Part shown: one piece after another, positions 51,401-62,097 of the stretch
Layout: each line of letters opens with the position of its first letter
Numbering within the stretch: the stretch's first letter is position 1
Assembly: GCA_944387405.1 (NCBI GenBank)
Contig: CALXET010000005.1
Coordinates: forward strand, 30,823-94,822
Reading direction: 5' to 3'
Source: an uncultured Clostridia bacterium
GTDB taxonomy: Bacteria; Bacillota; Clostridia; TANB77; CAG-508
Length of the DNA: 64,000 bases
Position numbers and translations under genes: made by a program
Notes under the pieces: model-generated
The model's database searches: none
What the model was told of the DNA's origin: nothing
Seen by the model: only the letters and a program-made list of their open reading frames with translations

Positions 51401-51854
51401 AACATAAATAATTAAATTTCTTACTTACTTTTTCTGAAAATTCAAATAAAAATTGACTCTTTCCTATTCCTCCAGGTCCACTTATCATAATAATTTTATT
51501 AAACTTCATTCCATTAATAACATCATAATATGAAGTATAATATTTTTCTTTATATTTTTCTAACTTCTCATATTCTTTCTCTAATTCATAAAATTCTTTT
51601 TGTTCTATTTTCATACTATAATTATATTTCTTTATAATTTCATTAATTTTTTTTATAATTTCATTTTGTTCTAACTCTTCACCAGATAATTCTTTACCAC
51701 TATATCTATATAGCTCCCTTTCTTTAGGTACTTCACCTAATATATATGAAAATAATCTTTTATCTTCCCATTCATAATGTTCTTTTATCAGCTCTTTACT
51801 CATAGCATTTTTTTGAATTTTATTTAATTCTTTTATTTTCAATTTATATAACAT
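48477..51854 (-). CDS. Large STAND/NACHT-like NTPase, possible Avs-like sensor
   Basis: Walker A GPGGIGKS, Walker B FIIDAINE, ISLR, NPLHL, long helical C-terminus. Confidence 0.65.
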   Translation of the reverse strand: MLYKLKIKELNKIQKNAMSKELIKEHYEWEDKRLFSYILGEVPKERELYRYSGKELSGEELEQNEIIKKINEIIKKYNYSMKIEQKEFYELEKEYEKLEKYKEKYYTSYYDVINGMKFNKIIMISGPGGIGKSQFLFEFSEKVSKKFNYLCLYGKYCENIENDIFKDIVKNIKNDRFYFIIDAINEFNEGLREKIYKFINDNRNNSNLRVIISLRDFSMAEKEIQRLKKLVDIEEIFTGVDPDNALEKISEKYNLDLSIYDRLLYDNNPLHLKLIIKSISENQLINKGLKPITKGTYIYEHFIKNVLTRNDWNITKKIIGEMFKNKSKEIKVDELNKLNITDFSAYMNKMKTNNFVGTYDYDNDTFIYFINETLTDYLIARFLFDNLDGLNISETKEYISKIVKVFYSIHDQVILMLFEKYEDNIEIAIKIIKETALNNYLDIEIFNELNLSTNNMTKIQKLLKVNIPLEQLLIRAGGNESNPFNCTNFLNDKLKKIYDKKQLNIVGYDVKKIRHKLKVYVQTVSKFNYDKKYIEEKFWYAVWCSSLVNKLNRTLAKKLIFEITNIHSEYINKLISIYSEVKDEYIQEMVVQVLSSLKKNNKIIKKFFNRINVIDFCNIKNLYFISNYLYGKENYEKMEKTNYILDTDKRIDNNILKFLHRIFFTYKYDYDFFGFETYNSSITFQTKFLKEEKKAIIKVNSFIQNHFKCLNNNECNSTYFKENFIDKKFSINEEEIEDRVIYLAWQKIFKTYMKKYNIKIKDLDNIYVYEEEEKGIIYKALELSFSKINGSMTCNYFTNEFEIYGDYKGYQFNLYDRYDEKAEIYYPVAVFNQDIENLDNKTLKKIIVPEKKNIKWVKDSELSLNNIKKIIEPITYKNEKYYMLYGSIRLDEKSDDEYGNSWIDTYIINLAIDENYNLCGISNEDRKYTIETNKYRGNFEDYKNENYKMTTSLYSASDLNNIYVTTDFNLPPSIIIKEFDLHYNKFSSSWNGVNEEKIILVNNNEGMWYRKGCSGTLYIKKKYYDILIKKHNYKYFCFTEKYHPKTGYCEDSALQIQINSDGSIEKYKHYKSHKYYSRQQNAECKKCIVYKKEKEDEKKWKNNKFYDLLIENIEEIWDDYDESDN

Positions 51855-52125
51855 CTCCTATAGGTTTTTATAGAATATATATCATATTTCTTTAAATTTC
51901 TCAATTTTTCAATACGAATTACTATTATATTGTCTTTTTAAATAATTCTCTTCTATAAAACTTATGTAGCTTAGCTACTTGTTCAACCTTTTGTATGTAC
52001 AAAAGGGAATCTTGCTTAAAGATTCTACATTTAAAACTATCTATAAATCTCACGATGAGAATTTTTTTATAAAAAGAAATTCCCCAATGGGAACTTCTTT
52101 TTATATTACCTAATATATTTTCTTA

Positions 52126-52278
52126 CTAATAATTATCTGCAATATATTCTTCTATTTTTCTTAATAAATCATTATATGAATTAAATTCATAATGACTTTT
52201 TTCTACAATGTCTAATTTAAATGTTGTAGTAAATGTAGTTTTGTTGTTTATATTTTCATTATCTTTATATTCCTTCAT
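52126..52278 (-). CDS. 50-aa hypothetical ORF absent from the ORF track (MKEYKDNEN...IADNY)
   Basis: SD GAGGT, ATG 52278, TAG 52126-52128; directly after the replisome organiser. Confidence 0.5.
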   Translation of the reverse strand: MKEYKDNENINNKTTFTTTFKLDIVEKSHYEFNSYNDLLRKIEEYIADNY

Positions 52279-52285
52279 AGTTACC

Positions 52286-52843
52286 TCACTTTCTTAAATT
52301 ATCATAAAGATTATCAAAAAATTCTGATGGATATTTTCTTTGATCATAATCCAAATAACCTTTCTTCTTTGAAAAATTTTTTTTATTATGCTCTAATTTA
52401 TTATTTTCTTTTTTATTCTCCTCTATATCGTTACATAACGTTACATTAACGTTATTCTCATTTTTTTGATTTTCTCTAAACCTTTTTTGTCTTTCTCTAT
52501 TTTGTTGTTTTACAATCTCATATTTATCAGCACTTTGGTACTTATACCAATTTTTAATTCGATATATATTGTCCTCACAAATTATCATTTCAAAATGGAT
52601 TAACTTGTTCAATATATTTTGAATTTTTTTGTTTGATTTGTGTGTAATTGTTGCAAGATTTTCTACTGTTATTGGTGTATTTTCTGACATCATAATTTTT
52701 CCATCTTGCATAGATGTACCAGCAAGTGTCAGTAATTGAATCCATACTCTAAAGAACGTGTCCCCATCACGTTCTTTGAGTAATAGTTGAATTTTAGGAT
52801 TTGCAAATATATTTGTAAACACTTTAATCCATTGCATAAACAA
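52286..52843 (-). CDS. Phage replisome-organiser N-terminal domain protein
   Basis: WIKV..NIF.NPKI, WIQLL.LAG, IKNWYKYQ, RERQKRFR. Confidence 0.8.
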   Translation of the reverse strand: MFMQWIKVFTNIFANPKIQLLLKERDGDTFFRVWIQLLTLAGTSMQDGKIMMSENTPITVENLATITHKSNKKIQNILNKLIHFEMIICEDNIYRIKNWYKYQSADKYEIVKQQNRERQKRFRENQKNENNVNVTLCNDIEENKKENNKLEHNKKNFSKKKGYLDYDQRKYPSEFFDNLYDNLRK

Positions 52844-52853
52844 TACTCCTTTC

Positions 52854-53072
52854 CTATTTGTTTATAGAATTTTCTTCTTTTTCTTTTAAATATCCATCTA
52901 AAGCTTGTACTCTAAATAATACTCTTCCACCTACTCTTGCACATGGTATCTGTTTTCTTCTTACTAGTTGATTCACAAGCCAATATGATACGCCTAAATA
53001 TTCTGCTGTTTCTTTCATTGTTAGCGTTGTTCTTTCAACCTTTGGTAGTTCTTTCATAAAATCACCTCCCAC
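52854..53072 (-). CDS. Excisionase-family HTH protein
   Basis: TMKETAEYLGVS, IPCARVGGRVLF. Confidence 0.85.
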   Translation of the reverse strand: MGGDFMKELPKVERTTLTMKETAEYLGVSYWLVNQLVRRKQIPCARVGGRVLFRVQALDGYLKEKEENSINK

Positions 53073-53241
53073 TTTTCAACAATATTTTTAATAATTTCAG
53101 CACTTATCAGCACTTTTGTTGATTTTTAGTGCTTTGCCTTGTAAAATATAATTAGCTAATTACTGATTATTATTTTAGTTGTTTAGTTTTGAATTAAAAA
53201 CCTGACAGCTAATAATTAGAAAATGTTTTTGAGCTGTAGGG

Positions 53242-54294
53242 GTGATTATTATGATAAGTGATTTAAAAATTGCTTTTGATTTTACAAACTCTAAAGAATA
53301 TGTATCAAAATTTACAACCGAAGAATTTACCGAAATAAATAAAATACCTGAAAATTTGAGAAATAAAAAATTTTATATTTTTAAATCTGAACAACCATAC
53401 TGTCAAGATCTTGGAACATATTTGCTTGACTTCATGAATACAGATTTTGATGATATTGAAGATTTTAATTTACTACTCGTTAAATATCTTTTTGTTCCTT
53501 GCTTAATGCTATATAATCCTAATATATTAAATGATTGTTTATATGGTAAAAATTTAATATTTAAAGACAATTCTGTAGAAAACAATAATTTAATTTTATC
53601 TGAGGAAGAAATTAAATATTATGCTGAAGTATTTTATGAAGAATATTATTGGGATTTATCAACTACACAACTTAAATTTGAAAATATTTTTGAGAATAAA
53701 TATTATAAAAATTTTTTAGATGTGACTAATATTTTAGATGATAATTATGATTTCTTAGAAGAATTATCTAAAAAAGAAAAAGATTTTTCTGCAATAAAAG
53801 ATATTGCTTCCGAATTTAATAATATTGGAATTAGCTATGATGTAAAAAATTTTTATGATAATAATGATTTATATACTTACTATTATTCAAAAAATCCTAC
53901 TGATATTGCCTATGTATCTGCAAGAGAACTTTTTAATAACAAAAAAAGTTTTAGGCTAGTACGTTGTAAGAACTGTAACTATTATTTTATACCTAAAACT
54001 TCTCATAAAACTTTATATTGTGATGATATTTATGAAAATAATAAAACATGTAAGGAATATGCTAATTCAATATCTTCAACCAAAACTTATGAATCTGATG
54101 AGCTTTGCAAAAAATATAGAAATAGATATAAGAATTTGCACAAACAAGCATCTTTAAGTAGCAATCCTAAAGTACTTATTCTTTACGAAAAATACAAATT
54201 AAAAGGTGCTAAAATGCTTGAAAAATATCAACGTAGTAAAATTACAGCTAAAGAATTTGATAATTGGATTGATAGTATGAAAATAAGGAAGTAA
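53242..54294 (+). CDS. DUF6076-like protein with C-terminal Cys cluster
   Basis: RCKNCNYYFIP..YCD..TCK; divergent from excisionase. Confidence 0.65.
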   Translation: MIIMISDLKIAFDFTNSKEYVSKFTTEEFTEINKIPENLRNKKFYIFKSEQPYCQDLGTYLLDFMNTDFDDIEDFNLLLVKYLFVPCLMLYNPNILNDCLYGKNLIFKDNSVENNNLILSEEEIKYYAEVFYEEYYWDLSTTQLKFENIFENKYYKNFLDVTNILDDNYDFLEELSKKEKDFSAIKDIASEFNNIGISYDVKNFYDNNDLYTYYYSKNPTDIAYVSARELFNNKKSFRLVRCKNCNYYFIPKTSHKTLYCDDIYENNKTCKEYANSISSTKTYESDELCKKYRNRYKNLHKQASLSSNPKVLILYEKYKLKGAKMLEKYQRSKITAKEFDNWIDSMKIRK

Positions 54295-54302
54295 AAACTT
54301 CC

Positions 54303-56922
54303 TTATTTTAAATATTTATTTACAATGTATCTTATATTATAATTATTTGATTTACTTAATTTTGCAATTATGTCTTTAAATTTTTCTTTATTTCTTTTAT
54401 TCAAGCAATAAATCAAATTAACAATAGCATAATCCTTTTCAAAATTGTTGTCATTTAAAAAATTATTTAGTATATGGATGGTATCATCAAAATGTTCTGT
54501 ACCAATAAATACATGTGATAATTTGATTGTTTCATCAACTAATTCTATATCTTCTGATTGTATAGACAAACAATAAATACTATATATTATATTTAAATCA
54601 TTATTACTAATCTTTTTTTTTATTTCTAAAAATTATACTTATACAATCTATAATTTCATATAAGGCATTTTGATTACAAATACCTTGTACCATAAAATAA
54701 TTTAATATATTATTTAGTGTTTTTTCTTTTAAAGCATATCTTGCCATTTCTATATTAATATTTATATCTACTTTTGATTTGCTATCATAAAAATCCTTGC
54801 TTGCTGATTCTATTTTAACATTTTTTATAATATTTTTTATTTCTTCTAATATATTGTTATCTTTTTCAATTAATGCTATATAAGTAAGACATTTGAGCAT
54901 ATTTATTTTTTCATTTACATATTGATTCTTAGACATTAATATCATTCTAGACAATGGTAATATGTCATTTAGAACAATTGCTCTTATCTCTTCATTATAT
55001 TTTCTTTTTGTAAAGTTTTCCCATCCTATTAAATAATTCCTAGCATTAAAAAAATGAATAGCAGGATTTTTTTCTCTCTTTTCAGCTTCACTTTTTATTT
55101 GAGTAACAATGTATTTCAATGTCTTTGTGCTATTCTTTTTTTCAATATTATACCAAAAATTTTCAAAAGAATTTTCTTTTAATAAAATATTGTTAAAGTT
55201 ATTTGTTTTAGTATATTTTTTTAATTCAATCATTGCTTGAAAGGCTTCTATATCATTAATATCTTTTACTTTATTTACTATATTAATAAAAAGTTTTTTT
55301 TCTTTTTCATCTAATTCCAAAAACTTTATCTTATTTAATATACTACTAAAATTTCTAAAAAAACCTGAATAATTTTTGTTTAAGTATTTTAATATTATAT
55401 TAAATAAATTTTCTTTTTTTACGAATCGTTCTGTATTATTTGGTATTGACTCCCAAGCTCTATGCACTTCATCAAAATCACATGTCTTTCCTATATTTAT
55501 AATTTTTAAAATGTGTTTTTCAAATTTTAAATATGTTTTGTCATCAAGATATCTACCATAAACATCAAATATGAAAATATAATAATTATTAATATCCATC
55601 GGTAAAATAGCTTTCTCTAGTGACAGAATTTCATTAATAAACTCATTACTATTAATAAAATTTTCTGTTAACTTTATTCGATTATACATTTTTTTAAATT
55701 CTTTGAATTTTCCTGATAATATCATTTGCTTTAAACAATTCTTATAAAAAATTGTATCCTCATAACAATTTGCATATATACTTAAAACTTCTGCTAGTAA
55801 GTTTCTAACTAATCTAAAATGTGTAATTGAACCAAATAAAATACTTATATATGCAAGTTCTTGAATAGAATTTAATATATATTCTAATCCCACTCCATAT
55901 ATTTGTGTATATTTGGATTTATTTTGATAATTAAATATATTTTTAAGTACATTTTCATACAAATTACTACGCACTCTGTCTATATTAGGATAAACTATCT
56001 TACGACGATTCTTTTTGATTTCCATTTGAAAAACATTATCTATAGAATATTTTCTTTCTATTCTTTCCAATTGAATTGTAATATTTCTTCCATCGACTAA
56101 TATATCATCCCTTAACCAATTTTCTATATTATCACTTTTCATATTTAATAGCTCTAAATATATTTTATGTGCTTCCTTTATATTTCCTTCAAAATACTTA
56201 TGCAAAGCATCCCATCTTCTTGCTAAAATATCATCATCGTTTATATTATATATTTTTTTTAATTCTTCATAAAATCCATCTAAATTCGCTAATGGGAATT
56301 TTTTTCTTCCCATCAACCATTCCAATAGCTCTTTACCAAAATTTGAAATAATATCATCAAATATAAAATCTTTTTTGAAAAAATTAGTGAAATCCTTGCA
56401 ATAAATATAATCATTCAAACCTTCAAATTTTCTCAGATATTCTTCATACTGAATACTACTCCATTGAGAATTCTTATGGATATTTAATACTTCTATTACA
56501 TCTTTTTCTTTTTCTTCAACTATTCTCTCTTTTTTTACATCTGTTATCTCATTTATTTGTTTTATTAGTCCTATTTCTGCTCTAGATTCAGCTTTGCTTT
56601 TCCAATCTTTTAATACTTCCACTGTATATTTTTTTTCATCACTATCTATAATTTTTGAACATGTTTGGCAAAGCCATATTCCATTTTCTATACTTGAACG
56701 TTGTTCTGGTGTCATATTTATATCATATCTTTTTCCTCCTGGTGCCGCCGCACATATATGAGAAGCTACTCCTGTATTTATAAATTTCTCACTTGCAGAA
56801 GATGGACCTAATGTTCCTCTACTACATTCGGGATTTGAGCATAAATAATTAACTCTTTTAGCTAATACTTCTTTTATCTTATTTGAAAAATCATCTCTAT
56901 TATTATTTTTTCCCATACTCAA
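54303..56922 (-). pseudogene. HNH-domain protein split by a frameshift in an A9 tract (ORFs 54607-56922 and 54303-54569)
   Basis: CSNPEC, SHICAAAPGGKRY, NGIWLCQTCSKIID; A9 to A8 at 54613-54621 fuses both ORFs into 872 aa. Confidence 0.7.
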
Positions 56923-57076
56923 ACCTCCTCTTGCCGAATTATATCATAAATTCCCCTACACCACAAACTTTTTTCTCTATAACTACCTGTCGGGTTTTGT
57001 TTTCTTTTTACATGATGCTACAATAAAATCATAGTAATTTACCCAATTACTAAATAAAACGAAAGGAGGCAAATAA

Positions 57077-58276
57077 GTGACAGGTAGTATTGAAAAACGT
57101 GGAAAAAATAGCTATAGGTTAGTAGTATTTAAAGGTTATGACTTAGACGGAAAATCAGTTAGACATCAAAAAACTGTACATTGTAAAAATAAATCCGAAG
57201 CTCAAATAGAGCTAGCAAAATTTGTAACGCAAATAGAAAATGGATTTATTATAGAAGGGTCTACTCCAACATTTAAAGAATTTGTAGACATATGGGAACG
57301 TGATTATGCTTTAAAAGAACTTGCTCCATCAACTTATTGTAGATATAAAAGAATGTTAGAAACGAGAATTATACCTTATTTTGGACATTTAAAACTAGAT
57401 AAAATTAGACCTATTGATATTATGCATTTCTATAATTTACTTGAAGAAGATACACAACTTCAAAGAAAGAAAAATAATCATGGAGAAAAGACTAGAAAAC
57501 CCTTATCAAAAAAAACTATATTAGAACATCATAGATTAATACATGCAATGTTACACAAAGCAGTATATTGGCAAATGATTGTAACTAATCCAGCTGAACG
57601 TGTAGAACCTCCAAAAGCACCTAAACCACAAAGACCTTGTTATGATGAAGATCAAACTAGAATTTTAGTGGATAATTTAGAAAAACTAACAGGAAAAGAT
57701 ATTAAATATAAAGTTGCTATTTTACTAGATATTTTTATAGGTGCAAGGCTTGGAGAACTTGCTGGACTTGAATGGTCAGATATAGATTTTAAAAATGGAA
57801 TTATATGTATTAATAAATCTAGCCAATATTTATCAGAAAAAGGTGTATTCACCAAAAGTCCTAAAAACGAGAGTTCTATACGTGACGTTGCTATCCCTGA
57901 TTTTATTGTTTCTTTACTTAAAGAATATAAATTATGGTACAATGAACAAAAATCAATTGTAGGCGATTTCTGGCACGAATCTGATAGATTATTTGTACAA
58001 GATGACGGAAAACCTATTCATCCATCTACAATTAGTAAATGGTTTGAAAAATTTATTAAACAAATTGGTTTACCAGTTATAAATTTTCATGGTTTGCGAC
58101 ACACAAATGCTACTCTATTAATAGGTCAGCAAGTTGATGTAGCCACTGTATCAGCAAGACTAGGTCATGCTCAAATTACTACAACTTATAATTTCTATGT
58201 ACATCCATTAAAGTCACATGATAAAAAAGCTGGTAATGTACTAGAAAATTTATTAGTATCTAATAATGTACATTAA
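57077..58276 (+). CDS. Tyrosine recombinase/integrase
   Basis: GARLGE, KSPK, HGLRHT, RLGHA, FYVH; N-terminal arm-binding domain. Confidence 0.95.
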   Translation: MTGSIEKRGKNSYRLVVFKGYDLDGKSVRHQKTVHCKNKSEAQIELAKFVTQIENGFIIEGSTPTFKEFVDIWERDYALKELAPSTYCRYKRMLETRIIPYFGHLKLDKIRPIDIMHFYNLLEEDTQLQRKKNNHGEKTRKPLSKKTILEHHRLIHAMLHKAVYWQMIVTNPAERVEPPKAPKPQRPCYDEDQTRILVDNLEKLTGKDIKYKVAILLDIFIGARLGELAGLEWSDIDFKNGIICINKSSQYLSEKGVFTKSPKNESSIRDVAIPDFIVSLLKEYKLWYNEQKSIVGDFWHESDRLFVQDDGKPIHPSTISKWFEKFIKQIGLPVINFHGLRHTNATLLIGQQVDVATVSARLGHAQITTTYNFYVHPLKSHDKKAGNVLENLLVSNNVH

Positions 58277-58489
58277 CAATTCAATATTATCAAAACTTTT
58301 TTGTCACTCTCATATTTATTAGCTTTGAATTATCTTGTAATTTATAGCTTTAAAAAGTATTAATTTGGAGAGTTCATCCCCAATTTCTCCCCAATTTGAC
58401 ATAAACTAGTGGTTTTTACCCATTATTGCAACCAATTTTCAATCAATAAAAAATCACTAAAACCGTTACAGTTCTAGTGATATATTCTT

Positions 58490-58565
<76 letters not shown>

Positions 58566-58837
58566 ATGTCTTTTTATATTATATGATAGAATAGTAGTTG
58601 TGTCAATATATTATATGTAAAAATTATAAAAAACATGAAAAAAATACTAAAATTATTAAATAAAATAAAAAAATGTATATACAAAAAAATTTTTATATGT
58701 TATCATGAAAAAAATAAAAAGTATAATATTTATAAATTTTTTTTGAAAAATATGTACAAATGTTGAAAAATGTGGTATTATATAATTGTAGGAAAAAATT
58801 TGTGAATATCGTTATTATAAAAGGAGGAAAAAACGAA

Positions 58838-59203
58838 ATGAAAATGAGTAGAAAAACAGTTAGAATAATAACAGCCGTTATGATGTTTTTAATGATTTTA
58901 TCAGTTGCTTCTACAGTTTTAGGTTCTTCTTGGACACCACAAGCAAATGAAGGTGCCGCTGGTGCAGATAGTATTAAAAATATTATCAATGCTGTATTAG
59001 GATGGGTACAAATCATTGGTATAGGTGTAGCTGTTATTATGTTAATAGTTTTAGCTATTAAATATATTTCTGCAGCACCTGGAGACAAAGCAGAAATCAA
59101 AAAACATGCTGTTGTTTATGTAGTAGGTGCAGTTATATTATTTGCTGCAACTGGTATATTACAAATTATCAGAACATTTGCTACACAAACAATTACAGGC
59201 TAA
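58838..59203 (+). CDS. TrbC/VirB2-like pilin
   Basis: Signal-like N-terminus, two TMs around IKY..APGDKAEIKK; ATG 58838 after AGGAGG. Confidence 0.75.
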   Translation: MKMSRKTVRIITAVMMFLMILSVASTVLGSSWTPQANEGAAGADSIKNIINAVLGWVQIIGIGVAVIMLIVLAIKYISAAPGDKAEIKKHAVVYVVGAVILFAATGILQIIRTFATQTITG

Positions 59204-59281
59204 TAGCAAATACAGAATATACATAAAATTTCGGAAAGATTATCAGAAATGATAATCTTTCTTTGTAAAAGGTGGAAGCAT

Positions 59282-59620
59282 ATGAAAATTAAAAGAATTT
59301 TAATAATTTTTCTAGTTTGTATGATGCTAATGTCTACAATCATTTTTGCAGATAGTCCTCCAAACATTTATAATAATTTGACACCTGATACTGGACTTAG
59401 TGGTATTGGTGATGCAATACTTGGAGTAATTAGAGGAATTGCAGGAACTGCAGCAGCAGTATCAATAATTGTTTTAGGTATTAAATATACATATAGTGCT
59501 CCTAGTGAAAAAGCAGAAGTAAAAAAGAAAATGATGCCAGTTGTAATTGGATCTGTTTTACTATTTGGAGCAATGACGATAATAGATGCTATTTCAGAGG
59601 TTGCAGTAGATTTATTATAG
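59282..59620 (+). CDS. TrbC/VirB2-like pilin
   Basis: GIKY..SAPSEKAEVKK between two TMs. Confidence 0.7.
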   Translation: MKIKRILIIFLVCMMLMSTIIFADSPPNIYNNLTPDTGLSGIGDAILGVIRGIAGTAAAVSIIVLGIKYTYSAPSEKAEVKKKMMPVVIGSVLLFGAMTIIDAISEVAVDLL

Positions 59621-59629
59621 GAGGAAAAT

Positions 59630-59974
59630 ATGAAGAAAAGAAAAGTGTTGTTGCCAACTTTAGTTTCTTTTGCCATATTAGCTCATTCAAAATTATATGC
59701 TAGAAATGTTGGCGGTTTATCTTTAAATGAAGATGCTAATAGCACAATACTAAATGCAGGAGGAAAGATACTAGGTCTTGCACAGATTATTGGAGTCGGA
59801 GTTGCAACAATAATGTTAGTTGTGCTTGCAATTAAATATATGTCATCAGCTCCTGGAGATAAAGCAGAAATTAAAAAACATGCAGTAGTTTATGTCGTTG
59901 GTGCGATATTAATATATGCTGCAAGTGGTGTTTTAGCAATTATTCAAGCTTTTGCAGAAGGAATGGGTAATTAA
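59630..59974 (+). CDS. TrbC/VirB2-like pilin
   Basis: AIKYMSSAPGDKAEIKKHAVVYVVGA, nearly identical to the first pilin. Confidence 0.75.
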   Translation: MKKRKVLLPTLVSFAILAHSKLYARNVGGLSLNEDANSTILNAGGKILGLAQIIGVGVATIMLVVLAIKYMSSAPGDKAEIKKHAVVYVVGAILIYAASGVLAIIQAFAEGMGN

Positions 59975-60135
59975 TTAAAGTAAAATTTAATATATAAGAG
60001 AGAGAACAATTTAGATTATGTCTATTTGTATCTCTCTTTTTCTTTACAAAAGTATTACAAATTATTAAAAAAAGTTGAATAAGAAAATTAAATAGAATAT
60101 AATAAAATTAACTATTTTAAAATGGGGGAAAATGT

Positions 60136-60540
60136 ATGAAAATTAAGAAAATTGTAGTTGCCTTAATTATGTTTTTAATGATGGTATCAGTATGCGCAAA
60201 ACCTGTTCAAGCAAATGGGTTTACGTTCCCATCATTTAGTGAAATTATGCAAGATGGAAAAGATTTTCTATCTAAAGGTGGGCAACAAGGTAAAAATTAT
60301 ATAGGCGATTCAGATATGCAAAGCATATTTCTTCCAATGGCAAGAATCTTATTATCAATTGGTATAATAGTTTTAGTCGCAGCTACAATGATAATGGGTG
60401 TAAAATATATGTTTGCAAGTCCGGAAGAAGCAGCAAAACTTAAACAACAATTAATTGGATTAGTTGTTTCTGGTGTTGTTATATTTGGTGCTGTAGGAAT
60501 ATGGACTTTAGCATATCAAGTATTTTCAAGTGTTCTATAA
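60136..60540 (+). CDS. TrbC/VirB2-like pilin
   Basis: GVKYMFASPEEAAKLK between two TMs. Confidence 0.7.
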   Translation: MKIKKIVVALIMFLMMVSVCAKPVQANGFTFPSFSEIMQDGKDFLSKGGQQGKNYIGDSDMQSIFLPMARILLSIGIIVLVAATMIMGVKYMFASPEEAAKLKQQLIGLVVSGVVIFGAVGIWTLAYQVFSSVL

Positions 60541-60561
60541 AATTACAAAGGAGGAGAAATA

Positions 60562-60900
60562 ATGGGAAGTTATTATATTCCTAGAAATCTTAGAGGTGAA
60601 ACAAGATTATTATATATTTTCACAGTAAAATCATTAATTACTACTGTAGCAGGAGCTCTAATAGGTTCAGTTTTCTTATTTATTTTTAGTATAGTCAATT
60701 TAAAAGTAGTAGGAATTGTAATAATGGCAATTTTCGGCTTAACAGGATATGTAATAGGAGCTGTAAAAATTCCAACTTTATCTGGTATTCCGATTACAAA
60801 AAAGATAGGTGGCGAGCCTTTAAGCGAAATTATACTAAGATGGATAAAGTTTAACAAAAATAAGAAAATATATGTTTATACAAAGGAGGAAAAGAAGTAA
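60562..60900 (+). CDS. PrgI/VirB3-like membrane protein
   Basis: YYIPRNLRGETR, two TMs, upstream of VirB4-like gene. Confidence 0.65.
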   Translation: MGSYYIPRNLRGETRLLYIFTVKSLITTVAGALIGSVFLFIFSIVNLKVVGIVIMAIFGLTGYVIGAVKIPTLSGIPITKKIGGEPLSEIILRWIKFNKNKKIYVYTKEEKK

Positions 60901-62078
60901 TGGACGTTATAACAATATTAGAAATTATACTAGCAATCTTAGTATTTATAATAGTTTGCCTATTTGCAATTTATTTTTTAGTATACTATACAAATAAAAG
61001 AAAAGAAGAAGAACCTGAAGAAGAAGAAATTGAAGATGAAAACTTAGGAACTTTTAGAGGTTTATCAAAAGAATCAATTTATAAATTTATGGAATTTGAT
61101 GAAATAAAAGATAATATGATTATAAGAAAAAATAGAACACAATATGTAATGGTTATCCAATGTCAAGGTGTAAATTATGATCTTATGTCAGAAGAAGAAA
61201 AAGTTGCTGTAGAAGAAGGCTTCGTACAATTTTTAAATACTTTAAGATTTCCAATACAATTATATGTTCAAACAAGAAGCTTAAATTTGAAAGATATAAT
61301 TGATGAATATAAAGTAAAAGTTTCAGCGATAGCAACAGATATTGAAAAATTAAATTCTAGAATTGCAAATGCAAAAGCAAAAGGTAATGAAAAATTAAGA
61401 CAAAGACTTGAATTCGAAAAATTGAGAAAATCAAGAGTTTTAGATTATGGTATAAACATATCTGATTATGTTGCTAGAATGAGTTTAAATAAAAATATTT
61501 TGCAACAAAAGAATTATGTCATTGTTTCATATTATTCTAGTGAAATTTCTGCTGCAGCAGATGCTACACCAGATGAGTTAGATAATATGGCCTTTTCTGA
61601 ATTATATACAAGAGCTCAATCTACAATACATGCTCTTCAGGCTTCTGGAGTAAATGGAAAGATACTTGATTCAGAAAATTTAGCTGAATTATTATATGTA
61701 GCATATAATAGAGATGATTCTGAATTAATACAATTCTCTAAAGCATTAGATTCACAATATGATGCACTATATAGTTCAGGAAAAGATGTATTAGAAAAGA
61801 AACAAGAAAAATTAGATGCTATTGTTAATGCAGAGGCTATCGAGCTTGCAACAGATAGTATTATAAAAGCAGACAAATATAGACAAATAGAAAAATTAAA
61901 GAAAGCGCAAATGGTTAAAGATAAAGCTACAGAAATTATAGAGGATTATAAAGATCAAATGGACCCAATAATTTATGAAGGTGCTAAAAAAGAAATTCAA
62001 AAAGCAAAAATTGATGGGGAAGAAAATGGTGCACAAGAAGTAAAAGAACAACAATCAGAAAATACTGATAAAAACTAA
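60900..62078 (+). CDS. Membrane-anchored T4SS-associated protein
   Basis: N-terminal TM, GVNYDLMS.EE..FVQFLNTL.FPIQ motif, coiled coil. Confidence 0.6.
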   Translation: MDVITILEIILAILVFIIVCLFAIYFLVYYTNKRKEEEPEEEEIEDENLGTFRGLSKESIYKFMEFDEIKDNMIIRKNRTQYVMVIQCQGVNYDLMSEEEKVAVEEGFVQFLNTLRFPIQLYVQTRSLNLKDIIDEYKVKVSAIATDIEKLNSRIANAKAKGNEKLRQRLEFEKLRKSRVLDYGINISDYVARMSLNKNILQQKNYVIVSYYSSEISAAADATPDELDNMAFSELYTRAQSTIHALQASGVNGKILDSENLAELLYVAYNRDDSELIQFSKALDSQYDALYSSGKDVLEKKQEKLDAIVNAEAIELATDSIIKADKYRQIEKLKKAQMVKDKATEIIEDYKDQMDPIIYEGAKKEIQKAKIDGEENGAQEVKEQQSENTDKN

Positions 62079-62097
62079 AGAGGAGGAGAAATAGAAT

